A stretch of DNA of 64,000 nt from Gammaproteobacteria bacterium (GTDB taxonomy: Bacteria; Pseudomonadota; Gammaproteobacteria; SZUA-229), in the NCBI GenBank assembly GCA_022340645.1, contig JAJDNP010000153.1, positions 6,422 through 70,421 on the forward strand, written 5' to 3'. The notes beneath the pieces are model-generated. The model searched no databases. It had not been told where the DNA came from and worked only from the letters and a program-made list of their open reading frames with translations. Numbering within the stretch: the first letter of the stretch is position 1; each line of letters starts with the position of its first letter. Positions 28,908-39,134 of this stretch are shown here, in pieces. A program made the translations under genes and the position numbers.

Positions 28908-29288
28908 TCAGGCGCGATTATCCAGGCTCCATGCACCCGCACCGTTCGCCGCCAGTGCCAGCAAACCGCCGGCAATCGCGAGGTTCTTCATGAACATAAT
29001 GCTCTGTATCTGGTCAGCGAAATTAAAATGAAAGATCAGTGCGGAAACAATACAGAATATAGCCAGCGCAGGTGCCGACCAGCGCACCTTGTAGCCAATA
29101 ATCAGTGAAATAGCGCCGAGAATTTCGAGCAGAATCACCAGGGGTAATAAAATGCCCGGAACACCGGCAGATGCCATGTAAGCTTCGGTTCCCGCGTACC
29201 CGGTTATTTTCGAAACACCGGCCATGAGAAAGATGAAGGCTAAAAGAAAGCGCGAAACCGGCATCAGGCTGTTGAGTAAATTGTTCAT
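28908..29288 (-). CDS. DoxX-family membrane protein
   Basis: 126 aa, four hydrophobic segments, FLLAFIFLMAGVSKI N-terminal signature of DoxX/YqjF family; sits upstream of yqjG as in E. coli yqjF-yqjG. Confidence 0.75.
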   Translation of the reverse strand: MNNLLNSLMPVSRFLLAFIFLMAGVSKITGYAGTEAYMASAGVPGILLPLVILLEILGAISLIIGYKVRWSAPALAIFCIVSALIFHFNFADQIQSIMFMKNLAIAGGLLALAANGAGAWSLDNRA

Positions 29289-29398
29289 GGTCTATCTCCT
29301 GTAGTTTATTGTTTGGCAAGTATTACCTTGTGTAAGCAAGCGTATATGTTTAGTATTCTGTAATAAAGATGGATTTATGAAAAATATAATTACGTAAT

Positions 29399-30301
29399 AT
29401 GAAACAATATAATCTTGCAGATCTGCTGGCATTTACAAAAGTCGTTGAGTCCGGGGGATTTAGAAACGCGGCTGAACTGCTGGATACCAGCTCCGCATCG
29501 ATAAGTCGGCGAGTGTCATCGCTTGAAGATGCCCTGGGCGTCAAGTTGCTTAACCGAACCACACGCCGGTTGCATCTCACGGATGCCGGGGAAGAATATT
29601 ACGCCGAGGTGCAACGTATCCTGGCCGCGCTAGATGAAGCAGAGTCAAAAGTGCTGCAAAATAAACAGCAGGTCTCCGGGAATTTACGGCTGGCAGCGCC
29701 GCTGAGTTACGGCATCACGAGAATTGCTCCCTTGCTGCCTGCTTTCCTCAAGCAGCACCCAAAGCTGAACATTCATCTTCAACTGGAAGACAGGGAGACG
29801 GACCTGTTTGCTGAAGGCATCGACGTTGCCATCCGTATCGGCAAACTCAGGGACTCCTCGCTGATTGCGACACGTATCGGTGAAATTTCCAGGGTTTTCT
29901 GTGCCTCTCCCGATTACCTTTCAAAGTATGGCGAGCCCAAACACCCGAATGAGCTGCAAAATCACCGGGTATTGAGATACAACCTGGTGAGCGCAAGGGA
30001 GGAGTGGGGGCTTGGTAGTCAGCCAGACAGCCTTGCGTTATCGATGCAGGGACAGTTATCGGCAAATAATGGTGAAGCCCTGCGGGAGGCCGCCATACAG
30101 GGTCTGGGTATCACGTCACTGCCCACGTTTATCGTGGAAGATGCTTTGCATAAAAGACAGCTTGTAAAAGTAATGTGCGAGCATGCAACGCAAGCGATTG
30201 GCCTTTATGCCATACGATTGTCACGGCAATTTATTCCAATGAAAATAAATTTGTTGATCGAGTTTCTTAAACAGCAGCTGAGTGAAACTCCTCGTGATTA
30301 A
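29399..30301 (+). CDS. LysR-family transcriptional regulator (divergent from doxX-yqjG-pirin operon)
   Basis: 300 aa; N-terminal HTH (FRNAAELLDTSSASISRRVSSLEDALGVKLLNRTTRRLHLTDAGEEYY), LysR substrate-binding domain. Confidence 0.85.
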   Translation: MKQYNLADLLAFTKVVESGGFRNAAELLDTSSASISRRVSSLEDALGVKLLNRTTRRLHLTDAGEEYYAEVQRILAALDEAESKVLQNKQQVSGNLRLAAPLSYGITRIAPLLPAFLKQHPKLNIHLQLEDRETDLFAEGIDVAIRIGKLRDSSLIATRIGEISRVFCASPDYLSKYGEPKHPNELQNHRVLRYNLVSAREEWGLGSQPDSLALSMQGQLSANNGEALREAAIQGLGITSLPTFIVEDALHKRQLVKVMCEHATQAIGLYAIRLSRQFIPMKINLLIEFLKQQLSETPRD

Positions 30302-30447
30302 ATTTCTATGACTGTCAAAACGAGTTCGATGCCTGTTTCAGGGCGATATATTTATAATAGTTAACGAATGCTTCAAACTAGCAGGGGGAATATTAATAAC
30401 AGGGTATGTGACCGTAAGTGTTCGCAAGACATTCCATTATCTATACG

Positions 30448-31509
30448 ATGACCAGAGTAAAGCAGGGCGGCCTGAAGCTACGCTATAGTTTGTTATTGAT
30501 TTATTTTCTTGTCGAGATAATTCAAAACCCGGCTTATGCCGGCGCAGAAAAGTACAACACCGGCTGGCAGCTAAACATCGATAACAATATTTTTCAGCGC
30601 TACATGAAAGACAGGGACTATACCGCTGGCGTGGCCTTTACCGCGTTCGGCAGCCGCGCGCAATCAGGCTGGCTGAATATCGACCCTGTTCGTGCATGGA
30701 TTTTTAATTTTTTACCCATCAACGATATAAACCGTGCGCAGATAACAAAACACAGCGTGCAATATGGTCTGGCGTTATTTACGCCGGACAATATTACTGC
30801 GACGCAGCCCATTATTGATGACAGGCCCTTCGCCAGCCTGTTCTATATCAGTAATACCGAGTTAACCGTGCAGCCTTCAACAAACAGGGCTTACCGATCG
30901 AGCCTGTCGTTCGGACTGCTCGGTCTAGAAGTGGCTGGTGATATACAACGTGTTCTGCATCAAATGACCGGTTCGGAAGAAGCGAATGGCTGGAATAACC
31001 AGGTCTCTGCAGGAGGCGAACCCACGGCAATGCTCACCCTGTCGGTACAGCAAAAACAGTCTGCATCGGACAACTACCAGCTTAGTTCTCACCTCGAGGC
31101 AAACGCGGGTTATTCAACCGATGTAAATGCCGGCCTGAACTGGCGCTGGGGAAGATTGAATACGCCGTGGTGGAGTTTCGACCCGTCACATTACGAATAT
31201 ATCGCTTCTGCCGCTGTCAGCGAGCGTGGTATAGCCGGCAGTAAACCCGAGTTTTATATCTTCGCCGGGGCCAATATCAAGTACCGGTTTTACAGTTCAT
31301 TACTGCAGGGCCAGTTCCGCGACAGTGCGCATACCCTGGGGCATGACCAGCTTGAACAGGCAATCGCAAGTCTCACGGCAGGCGCCACGCGTGAATTCGG
31401 TGACAACCTTCGGGTCAGTTTATTCGTTCGTGGTACCTCGCCCGAAATCACCGGGGGGGATGCGCGCAATCTGTGGTGGGCCAGCCTGGCGATCAACCGT
31501 GCATGGTAA
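30448..31509 (+). CDS. LpxR-family (lipid A 3-O-deacylase, DUF2219) outer-membrane protein, putative
   Basis: ORF-track start 30418 is GTG; first ATG 30448 gives signal peptide MTRVKQGGLKLRYSLLLIYFLV...AYAG; mature N-terminus LNIDNNIFQRYMKDRDYTAGVAF resembles LpxR N-terminal ENDxF...DRxYTNG motif; ~330 aa beta-rich, ends in aromatic residue. Confidence 0.5.
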   Translation: MTRVKQGGLKLRYSLLLIYFLVEIIQNPAYAGAEKYNTGWQLNIDNNIFQRYMKDRDYTAGVAFTAFGSRAQSGWLNIDPVRAWIFNFLPINDINRAQITKHSVQYGLALFTPDNITATQPIIDDRPFASLFYISNTELTVQPSTNRAYRSSLSFGLLGLEVAGDIQRVLHQMTGSEEANGWNNQVSAGGEPTAMLTLSVQQKQSASDNYQLSSHLEANAGYSTDVNAGLNWRWGRLNTPWWSFDPSHYEYIASAAVSERGIAGSKPEFYIFAGANIKYRFYSSLLQGQFRDSAHTLGHDQLEQAIASLTAGATREFGDNLRVSLFVRGTSPEITGGDARNLWWASLAINRAW

Positions 31510-31561
31510 GGCCGGCTTTCGGTATTAGCATCGGAGTCTGAGCGGCTGTTTATTGGGCGTG

Positions 31562-31927
31562 TTATTTAATGCCATCAATGCGGCAGTTGTAAGCCTGGCC
31601 CAGCAGCGTAACAGACGTTGTAAAATCAATATTGCTGTTTATGTACACAATATTGGCGCCGATTTTATTGGCCTTGTTATACATATCGTTGATTGCGCCT
31701 GCCGTCAGGTCTGTATTGGATATAAATAAATAACTGTACCAGTGGCCTTCAGAACTAACCAGCGGGCCTAAATATTTACACTCGCGCGTTTTATCTATAA
31801 CCAGGTTTATTTCATTATAAAATATCAGCCGCACCGGCTTATTCTCCGGCAATGGCTGGATTACACTGCAGGATGTAAGCAATGTACCCGTTAAAATAAT
31901 GAAAAGTGTTTTTGATAAAGTATTCAT
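31562..31927 (-). CDS. Small lipoprotein, hypothetical
   Basis: ORF-track start 31945 is TTG; ATG at 31927 gives MNTLSKTLFIILTGTLLTSCSV with lipobox LLTSC; 121 aa. Confidence 0.5.
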   Translation of the reverse strand: MNTLSKTLFIILTGTLLTSCSVIQPLPENKPVRLIFYNEINLVIDKTRECKYLGPLVSSEGHWYSYLFISNTDLTAGAINDMYNKANKIGANIVYINSNIDFTTSVTLLGQAYNCRIDGIK

Positions 31928-31988
31928 GGGCTCAATATTAGTCAATAAGAATCAGATAAATACGGTGTTATATCCATCTGGCTGATAA

Positions 31989-33413
31989 CTACCAGTGGTA
32001 CTGCAGGTAAAGAGACTCGTAATTACTGCCGCCTTTAATTCGCCCAAATGCTGATGATGACTCAAAGATGGAAGAACGGTGATGGACGCCGATGCCGAAA
32101 AATAAATCATTCATTGCATCAACTCCAAAAATTCCACCGATGCTGATATCAGCGGTGAAATCCAGGTAGTTCATCAGGTTGCTCGAGCGATAACCCTTTT
32201 GATCCATTTCTCTTTGTTCAAGGTTGCTAACCGTCTCTATGTAGGATATACCTTCGGCAAATCCCAGTCGCCAGTGTACCGGCGCGTTAAAGTTGTAATA
32301 GGCCTTGATGCCGAGCACATATTCGTTGGTCGGCTGTCTGTCATAGGTGATGGTGCAGTCTGTCGTTCCATTACAGGTATTGTTGCCCAGTCCGGCAAGC
32401 TCGGGGGTATTTATTCCCTGGCCGGGATATAGTGTCTGGCTGTAGGGATCGGAAGCAGGGTGATATACGTAGCCGGCGGTTAAATAAAGATCAATTGCTT
32501 CAATACCGAATAAACTGTCAGCAATCGGGTGGCCGTAAAAAATGGAGGTTATCTGGTTGTTTTGTTCATCGTCCATTGAATTCAGTGTGAGGATTTCATT
32601 GATACTTGATGGTGACCCCCAGCCGTGAGCAATACGAATATAAGGTTTTGCTTTTAGTGCTGAAGACTTCTTCCTGGTCTTATCATTGAAGAAAGCAATG
32701 CCCAGGTAAATTTCACCTTGCGTTCTGCTATCGATAGTGAACGAGTCACTGGTTTTACTGTCCAGAGCGGTTAACTGGGCGCGGCCAATAAGATATAAAT
32801 TACTGACTACGTGATAACGTACTTCACTGCCGACGGTGAGGTCAAAAGCACTGCCTATTTTATTGCTGATTGTATTTGACGGGTTGGCGGGATCGGTGAA
32901 ACCGTCAAGTCCATAATAATGATCGTTAAAGTCAGCGCTTTTATAGCGCAAGGTTGCGTATGGGAAAAGTTCCCAGGAACCGGATTCCAAGTGGTATGTT
33001 GTGTTTAGCGATGAGTAGTATCGACTTTCTTCATCGGTCATCAGTTCAAGATTTGTTTCAAGATTTTTATTATTGCGATATTTTATCTGGCCGCCAACAT
33101 CAAGTGCATTGCCGCGTACCAGGTTCTGGTATTCAGCAGGTATGTCAAAGTAACGATAGCGGCCCAGCAGGCTGAATTGCCAGGCATCTTTATTGTATAG
33201 CTTTATACCTGCATTTAAACCACGAATAAAAAAGATGTCGCCATCATAAAACATCAGCGGAATGACATCCTGGACACGATCCTCATCCGTTTTGTAAGGG
33301 ATCTTTGCGCTTCTGATGCCTATGGCAATACCCCAGTCCTTTTCCGGCACATCATAGGCAAATAGCGGCAAAGCAAAAACGAAAAGAAATATTGTTGTAA
33401 AAAACTTTTTCAT
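31989..33413 (-). CDS. MipA/OmpV-family outer membrane protein (extended, ~474 aa)
   Basis: Start chosen at MKKFFTTIFLFVFALPLFAYD signal peptide (ATG complement 33411-33413); N-terminal region DWGIAIGIRSAKIPYKTDEDRVQDVIPLMFYDGDIFFIRGLNAGIKLY is the MipA signature; C-terminus ...YLQYHW typical beta-barrel end. Confidence 0.65.
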   Translation of the reverse strand: MKKFFTTIFLFVFALPLFAYDVPEKDWGIAIGIRSAKIPYKTDEDRVQDVIPLMFYDGDIFFIRGLNAGIKLYNKDAWQFSLLGRYRYFDIPAEYQNLVRGNALDVGGQIKYRNNKNLETNLELMTDEESRYYSSLNTTYHLESGSWELFPYATLRYKSADFNDHYYGLDGFTDPANPSNTISNKIGSAFDLTVGSEVRYHVVSNLYLIGRAQLTALDSKTSDSFTIDSRTQGEIYLGIAFFNDKTRKKSSALKAKPYIRIAHGWGSPSSINEILTLNSMDDEQNNQITSIFYGHPIADSLFGIEAIDLYLTAGYVYHPASDPYSQTLYPGQGINTPELAGLGNNTCNGTTDCTITYDRQPTNEYVLGIKAYYNFNAPVHWRLGFAEGISYIETVSNLEQREMDQKGYRSSNLMNYLDFTADISIGGIFGVDAMNDLFFGIGVHHRSSIFESSSAFGRIKGGSNYESLYLQYHW

Positions 33414-33949
33414 AATAATGTCTGCTGGTCCGACCATCGCATGACATACCATTTTTTTGGCCAGTTTATATATAATTTTTTTAAAATTTTACCTTAAAAT
33501 CATTCATCAGGTCGATGTTAACTAAATCAATGCATCAATCAAGCGGTTCATGACCTCGGTAAATGGCAGTTCAAAAAAGAACCGGCGGTGCGAACGGGAT
33601 GCCAAGAAACACGGCTTCAATGATATATTCCCTTATATTAATCCTGCCTGTCTTATTCAATATCAAAATGAAACGGTGGTGTCATGGTTAGCGAGGTAAC
33701 CAGCGATTTCATACAGCTTTCCCTGCTTAGTGCCCGCAGTAATGTATGCCTGATAGCAGGCAGGAATGTCATTTTTTTGATGGCAGTTACCTTATGTAAG
33801 CTACCGTATGCAATCACAATTCACCTGCTACTATCCTGCCTGTTGTATTTAGCGCGTATTGAACAAAAGGTCGTGTTGAAAGCCGGAAACAATACCTGTA
33901 TCTTTGGTACTCATTAAAATCATTCTGTACAACATATTCGTGACATCAG

Positions 33950-36376
33950 GTGACGGTTTTATCCGGGCAGATAACTGTGAAACATAATTATTTACTTTTT
34001 CCTGTTACCATCCTGTTTACAAGTTTGCTCATTGTTGCCTGTTCTTCAAAAGAAGCGTCGCTAACCGCGGACCAGGCGGTCATAGAATACGACCTGCTTT
34101 ATACCCTGCCCAAACAGCCGGTCGATTATGATGCCGAGGTCAGGCCCGTGCTGGAAAACCGCTGCGTGGTTTGCCATGGCTGTTACGACGCACCGTGCCA
34201 GTTGAAGCTTTCCTCGCCGGAAGGTATTCATCGCGGCGCCAGTAAGGTAAAGGTCTACAACGCCGCGCGCATCACTGCCGATGAGCCCACGCGCCTGTTT
34301 ATTGATGCCATGACCACGGAGGAATGGCGGCAGAAAGGTTTTGCGCCGGTACTCAACGAGGGTGAGGCGGGTCCGCGTGCCAACCTGGAAGACTCGGTGA
34401 TGTACCGCATGCTGCGGCAAAAACAGCTGTATCCGCAGGCGCGCACCGGTATGCTGAGTGATGATTTTGACCTTGGCCTCGACCGTGTACAGTCATGCCC
34501 GAAGCTGGACGAGTTCGATAAATATGCAGCCGAGCATCCCAAAGGCGGTATGCCCTATGCCATGCCCAACTTGAGCCACAAAGACTACAGCACGCTGGTG
34601 CACTGGCTGGCACAGGGTGCGCCCATGCCGCAGGACAGCCAGCCTTCAAAAGTCGCGGCCAGCCAGATAAAGCAATGGGAGGCTTTCCTTAACGGCGATG
34701 ATAACAGGCACAAACTGGTCAGCCGTTACCTCTATGAGCACCTGTTCCAGGCGCACCTGCATTTTGCAGGCACGGATGATCGCGAATTCTATCGCCTGGT
34801 ACGGTCGGCGACACCGCCAGGTGAAGACGTCGTTATTATTCCCACGCGGCGGCCTTATGGTGAGCCACCGGGGCCGACAGTTTATTACCGTATCGTGCGC
34901 CACCAGGGCAGCATCGTCGCCAAGACACACATGGTATACGAGCTGTCTGACAAACGCATGCAGCGTTACCGGGAGCTGTTCTTCAAGCCTGACTACGACG
35001 TAGCCGAGTTGCCCTCCTATGAAGCAACGGTTGCATCCAATCCGATCAAGACTTTCGCCGCGATACCGGTTAAATCACGCTACCGCTTCCTGCTGGACGA
35101 GGCACGCTTTTTTGTCGAAGGCTTTATCAAGGGGCCTGTTTGCCGCGGCCAGATCGCGCTGAATGTTATCGAAGACCAGTTCTGGGTGGTGTTCTTTGAT
35201 CCGGACGCAAAAATAATGTCGCTGAACGACAAGTTTCTGAATGACGTGGCTGACTACCTGGCATCGCCCGCCGAACTTGAAGACAATTTCAAACTGATCG
35301 GCGGCAAGTCATACTATGAAAAACTGTTCCAGAAATACGCGCGCACCAAGGATAGCCTTAGCGCAGACTTCAAGCCGGTAAAACTCGATGAGGCGATGGA
35401 TTATATCTGGGATGGCGACGGCAAAAATCCGAACGCCGCGCTTACCATTTTCAGGCACACTGACAGCGCTTCGGTTAACTTCGGTTTTATCGGTGATTAT
35501 CCGGAGACCGCCTGGGTGATTGATTTCTCGGTACTGGAGCGTATCCACTACCTGCTGGTGGCGGGTTACGACGTGTACGGCAACCTGGGTCACCAGCTGA
35601 ATACCCGGCTATACATGGATTTCCTGCGCACCGAAGGCGAGGACTATTTCCTGGTATTTCTGCCGGCGGACAGGCGGCAGGCAATACGTAATTCCTGGTA
35701 CCAGGGTATCCGCCAGAGCGACAAGGATGCTGAAGGCACGACCAGCTGGCTGAACAGGGAGTATGTTGTCGGCTATAAAACGGATGATGTGCAGCGCGAA
35801 CTTTTCCAGCAGATCGAGCACCGTCTGGACAAGCTGGCCGGCGGTGGTGATTACATCAATCGTTGTCTTGACGATAGCTGCATACCCAAACTGGGCCAGA
35901 ATGTTCAGCGTATTACCAAAGCCATGCGGAAGGCGGCAAAAATGGATGGCGGCATTGTGCAGTTTTTACCGGACCTGGCATTTATCCGCGTAAGAATGGG
36001 CGGCCGGCCGGAGGATGACCTTGCTTATACCATGATCAGCAACAAGGCATATAAAAGCGTCAGTTCAATGTTCGAGGGTGAACAAATCGGCGAACGCCGT
36101 GATTATGCATACGACACGCAAACCATTGTCAGCTGGCTGGAAGGGGCATACCCGAATTTCTTTTACGTGGTAGAGCTGGATGACATTGAAGCATTTGTCG
36201 AGCAGTACAACAACATAAAAAACCGCGATGATTACGAAGCATTTGTCTACCGCTTTGGCCTGCGCCGCACCAATGAGGATTTCTGGCTGAATGCTGACTG
36301 GTTTAACAGCAAGTACCGGCAGGAACAGCCAAGGCTTTCGGGTATCTATGACCTGAACCGTTACCAGAATCGATAG
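33950..36376 (+). CDS. cti: Fatty acid cis/trans isomerase (Cti), periplasmic haem c enzyme
   Basis: ~800-aa product with single N-terminal haem-binding CVVCHGCYDAPCQ motif and overall length/composition of Pseudomonas/Vibrio Cti; ORF starts with GTG (33950) or GTG at 33977 giving lipoprotein-like MKHNYLLFPVTILFTSLLIVAC signal. Confidence 0.8.
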   Translation: MTVLSGQITVKHNYLLFPVTILFTSLLIVACSSKEASLTADQAVIEYDLLYTLPKQPVDYDAEVRPVLENRCVVCHGCYDAPCQLKLSSPEGIHRGASKVKVYNAARITADEPTRLFIDAMTTEEWRQKGFAPVLNEGEAGPRANLEDSVMYRMLRQKQLYPQARTGMLSDDFDLGLDRVQSCPKLDEFDKYAAEHPKGGMPYAMPNLSHKDYSTLVHWLAQGAPMPQDSQPSKVAASQIKQWEAFLNGDDNRHKLVSRYLYEHLFQAHLHFAGTDDREFYRLVRSATPPGEDVVIIPTRRPYGEPPGPTVYYRIVRHQGSIVAKTHMVYELSDKRMQRYRELFFKPDYDVAELPSYEATVASNPIKTFAAIPVKSRYRFLLDEARFFVEGFIKGPVCRGQIALNVIEDQFWVVFFDPDAKIMSLNDKFLNDVADYLASPAELEDNFKLIGGKSYYEKLFQKYARTKDSLSADFKPVKLDEAMDYIWDGDGKNPNAALTIFRHTDSASVNFGFIGDYPETAWVIDFSVLERIHYLLVAGYDVYGNLGHQLNTRLYMDFLRTEGEDYFLVFLPADRRQAIRNSWYQGIRQSDKDAEGTTSWLNREYVVGYKTDDVQRELFQQIEHRLDKLAGGGDYINRCLDDSCIPKLGQNVQRITKAMRKAAKMDGGIVQFLPDLAFIRVRMGGRPEDDLAYTMISNKAYKSVSSMFEGEQIGERRDYAYDTQTIVSWLEGAYPNFFYVVELDDIEAFVEQYNNIKNRDDYEAFVYRFGLRRTNEDFWLNADWFNSKYRQEQPRLSGIYDLNRYQNR

Positions 36377-36391
36377 GCAAAGTTCACCGCA

Positions 36392-37579
36392 GTGCGTAAA
36401 TTTGCTATTGGTTTAATGATTTTTCTGGCTGGCTGGACGCTCTCCCGGATAGTGTATCAATACCTGGATAGCCATCAGACGGCTCACTTGCAGACTGTTA
36501 ATTCTACTCCGGTAAGGACAGCTAAATCGGATCACCCGACAGCGGTGAAACCGCCGGTATCCGGTGCGGTTGATGACATTGCTGATTTATTGCGGCGTAA
36601 TGAATTCGAGGCTGTCGTGCAACGCTATGAATCAGCGCAGGATAATGCGGGCGGGGCGGTTGCAGCCAACACCCGCTTGCAAATTCTGGCTTATGCTCGT
36701 GAGCTTATTGCGGCGCAGCATTTTCGTTCAGTAGAGCTACTATTACAGCGTTTTCTCGTGGCCAGCTACCGGGATGTCGATGCAAGTATACTGTTAGCTG
36801 AAGTTTATCTTGGCGAGGATAATTTTTCTGCAGCAATTGATAAGATATATGAAGCCAGGGGCGATGCTATTGATCCGGTAAACCTGCTGAGAATTAACAG
36901 CCGGATTCGCTCCATGGTGACGGAAATCTCGCAATCACTGGAAGCCACCGGCAAGCATAACGCCCTGCTTACGCTTTACCAGCAGCTCACCCAGCTGGAA
37001 CCCGATTATGCGCCCTGGTTTATCGGGCTGGCAAGTGCACAGCTGGCGCTGGCTGACAACGAGGCTGCCCGTCGTTCGCTACTGCTGGTAGCGCAGGATA
37101 TGAATGTCGGTGCACAGGCGCGTGCGATGCTTGCCGAACTTACCGTGGCGTTATCCGATGCGGCAGGTGCAGGAAGCCAGGATGCTGTGTCCGAGGTTGC
37201 CGGCATTCCGTTACAACGTCATGGTAATCATTTTATTGTTGATGCCAGGCAGAAAGGTGGCGGCAACATTCGCCTGCTGATTGATACCGGCGCCTCCATG
37301 ACGATACTCACGCCCGGAGCGTTAGAACAGGCCGGACTGCACTATCAAAATACCGGCAGGAGCGCGGTCTTTAATACCGCAAACGGCCCGGTACGGGCGC
37401 CGGTTTACACACTCGATTCGCTTGCTGTGGGTGACTGGCAGGTTAATCAGCTCAAAATAGGTGTGCTGGACCTGGCTGGCGGCTCAAACATCGATGGCCT
37501 GCTGGGGATGAATTTTCTGCGGCATTTTCAGTTTTTCATCGACCAGAACGAAGCCTTGCTGCGCCTTTCTGTTAATTAG
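36392..37579 (+). CDS. Retropepsin-like (clan AA, TIGR02281-type) aspartic protease with N-terminal TM anchor and TPR-like region
   Basis: C-terminal ~120 aa HFIVDARQKGGGNIRLLIDTGASMTILTP...IDGLLGMNFLRHFQFFIDQNEALLRLS contains DTGA active-site motif; GTG start 15 nt after cti stop. Confidence 0.7.
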   Translation: MRKFAIGLMIFLAGWTLSRIVYQYLDSHQTAHLQTVNSTPVRTAKSDHPTAVKPPVSGAVDDIADLLRRNEFEAVVQRYESAQDNAGGAVAANTRLQILAYARELIAAQHFRSVELLLQRFLVASYRDVDASILLAEVYLGEDNFSAAIDKIYEARGDAIDPVNLLRINSRIRSMVTEISQSLEATGKHNALLTLYQQLTQLEPDYAPWFIGLASAQLALADNEAARRSLLLVAQDMNVGAQARAMLAELTVALSDAAGAGSQDAVSEVAGIPLQRHGNHFIVDARQKGGGNIRLLIDTGASMTILTPGALEQAGLHYQNTGRSAVFNTANGPVRAPVYTLDSLAVGDWQVNQLKIGVLDLAGGSNIDGLLGMNFLRHFQFFIDQNEALLRLSVN

Positions 37580-37818
37580 CATAAAAGCATTTCCAGATAA
37601 GAGTATTGTAAAGTAAGTAACCTGGTGCTTTTGTAGGTATCAGAGAATGGCAGTTTTAAATCTGCTCAAATTTCGTCACGAGGGTAGATATCTATAAACA
37701 GTGGCTTAAAGATGCCACTGCTACATGAGAAAGTGAAATAAGGTCCAGGTTATCACGCCAGCAGGATTTTTTTTCTGCTACCTGTTTAATGAGTAATGCT
37801 GAAATCCAGGTAATCAGC

Positions 37819-38040
37819 TTAGCTGTCTTTTGGCTCTTCGTGTTTCAGCTTGTGCGGAAAGTGGCCACGCAACAACCAGCCTACGGCAATGCCGATCAGT
37901 ACAAGCAATACAAACATCAGTGCTCGCGACATGCCCATTTTCCAGAACAGAAAACGCACCTCGACAACCTCTACGTTTTGCACGATAAAAATAGTCGCGA
38001 GTGCGATCAATGCAAGTGTGGTGAATAATTTCAGGTTCAT
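37819..38040 (-). CDS. lapA: LapA-family (DUF1049) lipopolysaccharide assembly protein A
   Basis: 73-aa two-TM protein MNLKLFTTLALIALATIFIVQNVEVVEVRFLFW...; strong AGGAGG SD. Confidence 0.7.
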   Translation of the reverse strand: MNLKLFTTLALIALATIFIVQNVEVVEVRFLFWKMGMSRALMFVLLVLIGIAVGWLLRGHFPHKLKHEEPKDS

Positions 38041-38228
38041 TGCGGCCTCCTGGTTTGAGTCATTATATTTCTGGCGATGATTACAGCGATTTCAATTGTA
38101 TCTTTAAATGCTTTTTGTATGCATGGTTATAAAATATTATTGATAACTCAGATAGCAAAGCTGCATCGGCCATAGCGGTTGAAATTAAATACTGCTGCTG
38201 ATGGCATGCATGGTTGTTTCTACTCTTT

Positions 38229-39122
38229 TCAATGCATCTGATCGACGTCAACCAGGACCATAAAGCCGGAAACGACTTCCAGCAACTCGGAGGTAATCGT
38301 CTCCTGTCGTTGCTGACTGAAGTTGCGGGAGAGTTCAAGCAGGCGCTCGCTGATATTGCGCTCTGCCGCCTGCATTGAAGCCAGGCGGCCGGCGTTCTCG
38401 CTGGCAAGAGAAAACGCACAGGCCCGAAACACCCAGATAAATAAATACTGTCGTACGAGAGAGGCAAACAGGTCGGCACGTTCCATGGTGTAGGTGGGTA
38501 TCGAGCGGGAAGGCCAGGCGGGTGCATTGCTACCCTGAAATTGGGTGAACTCAAGCGGCAGCAATTGAGAAAGCTCGGCACGGCGTCCCTTGCCGCTGAG
38601 CTGGCGATTATAAAATAACAGGACTTTTGCTACCGTATGTTGTTTCTGCCAGCTTTCAATTTGCTGCAGGATAGCCTGTACAGTGGCGGTGATGCCGGCA
38701 ACGGAGCCCGGCACAAAAAATGATTCATGCACCGACTGGCCGGCTTCACGCAGACGTGCTTCCACTCGTGCCCCCACGGCAAGAACATGACGCCTGTCTA
38801 TCGCGATTTTTTTATTTTCCAGGGTTGCCAGGGTGAATTCCGTAATGTCCTCATTGAAGCGGCCGCACAGGCCGCGATCAGAACCGAATACCACAATGCC
38901 GACATCGGCCTGTTGCCGATTACGCGCCTCGGCCATGGGTACACGATCGGCAAACAGTACCTGCAGGCCAAGTTCGATAGTACGGCTGTAGTTGTGCATC
39001 GATTCGATAGCACGCTCATAAGGATAGATGCTGACCGCCGCCAGCGCCTTCATGGTACGCACGATAGACTGGATGTCCTGTACTGTTTCTATGCTGCGTT
39101 TCAGTGTGTCGAGGTTGGGCAT
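38229..39122 (-). CDS. atpG: N-type ATPase gamma subunit
   Basis: 297 aa; gamma-subunit N- and C-terminal helices (RSIETVQDIQSIVRTMKALAAVS...; SENAGRLASMQAAERNISERL); last gene of atpDCQRBEFAG operon. Confidence 0.85.
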   Translation of the reverse strand: MPNLDTLKRSIETVQDIQSIVRTMKALAAVSIYPYERAIESMHNYSRTIELGLQVLFADRVPMAEARNRQQADVGIVVFGSDRGLCGRFNEDITEFTLATLENKKIAIDRRHVLAVGARVEARLREAGQSVHESFFVPGSVAGITATVQAILQQIESWQKQHTVAKVLLFYNRQLSGKGRRAELSQLLPLEFTQFQGSNAPAWPSRSIPTYTMERADLFASLVRQYLFIWVFRACAFSLASENAGRLASMQAAERNISERLLELSRNFSQQRQETITSELLEVVSGFMVLVDVDQMH

Positions 39123-39134
39123 CGGCGCTTCCTG

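Noticed and set aside
33684-33917. 77-aa ORF in the MipA/Cti divergent intergenic region
   Set aside because: No SD, hydrophobic low-complexity product, lies in a ~500-bp promoter region; more likely non-coding.
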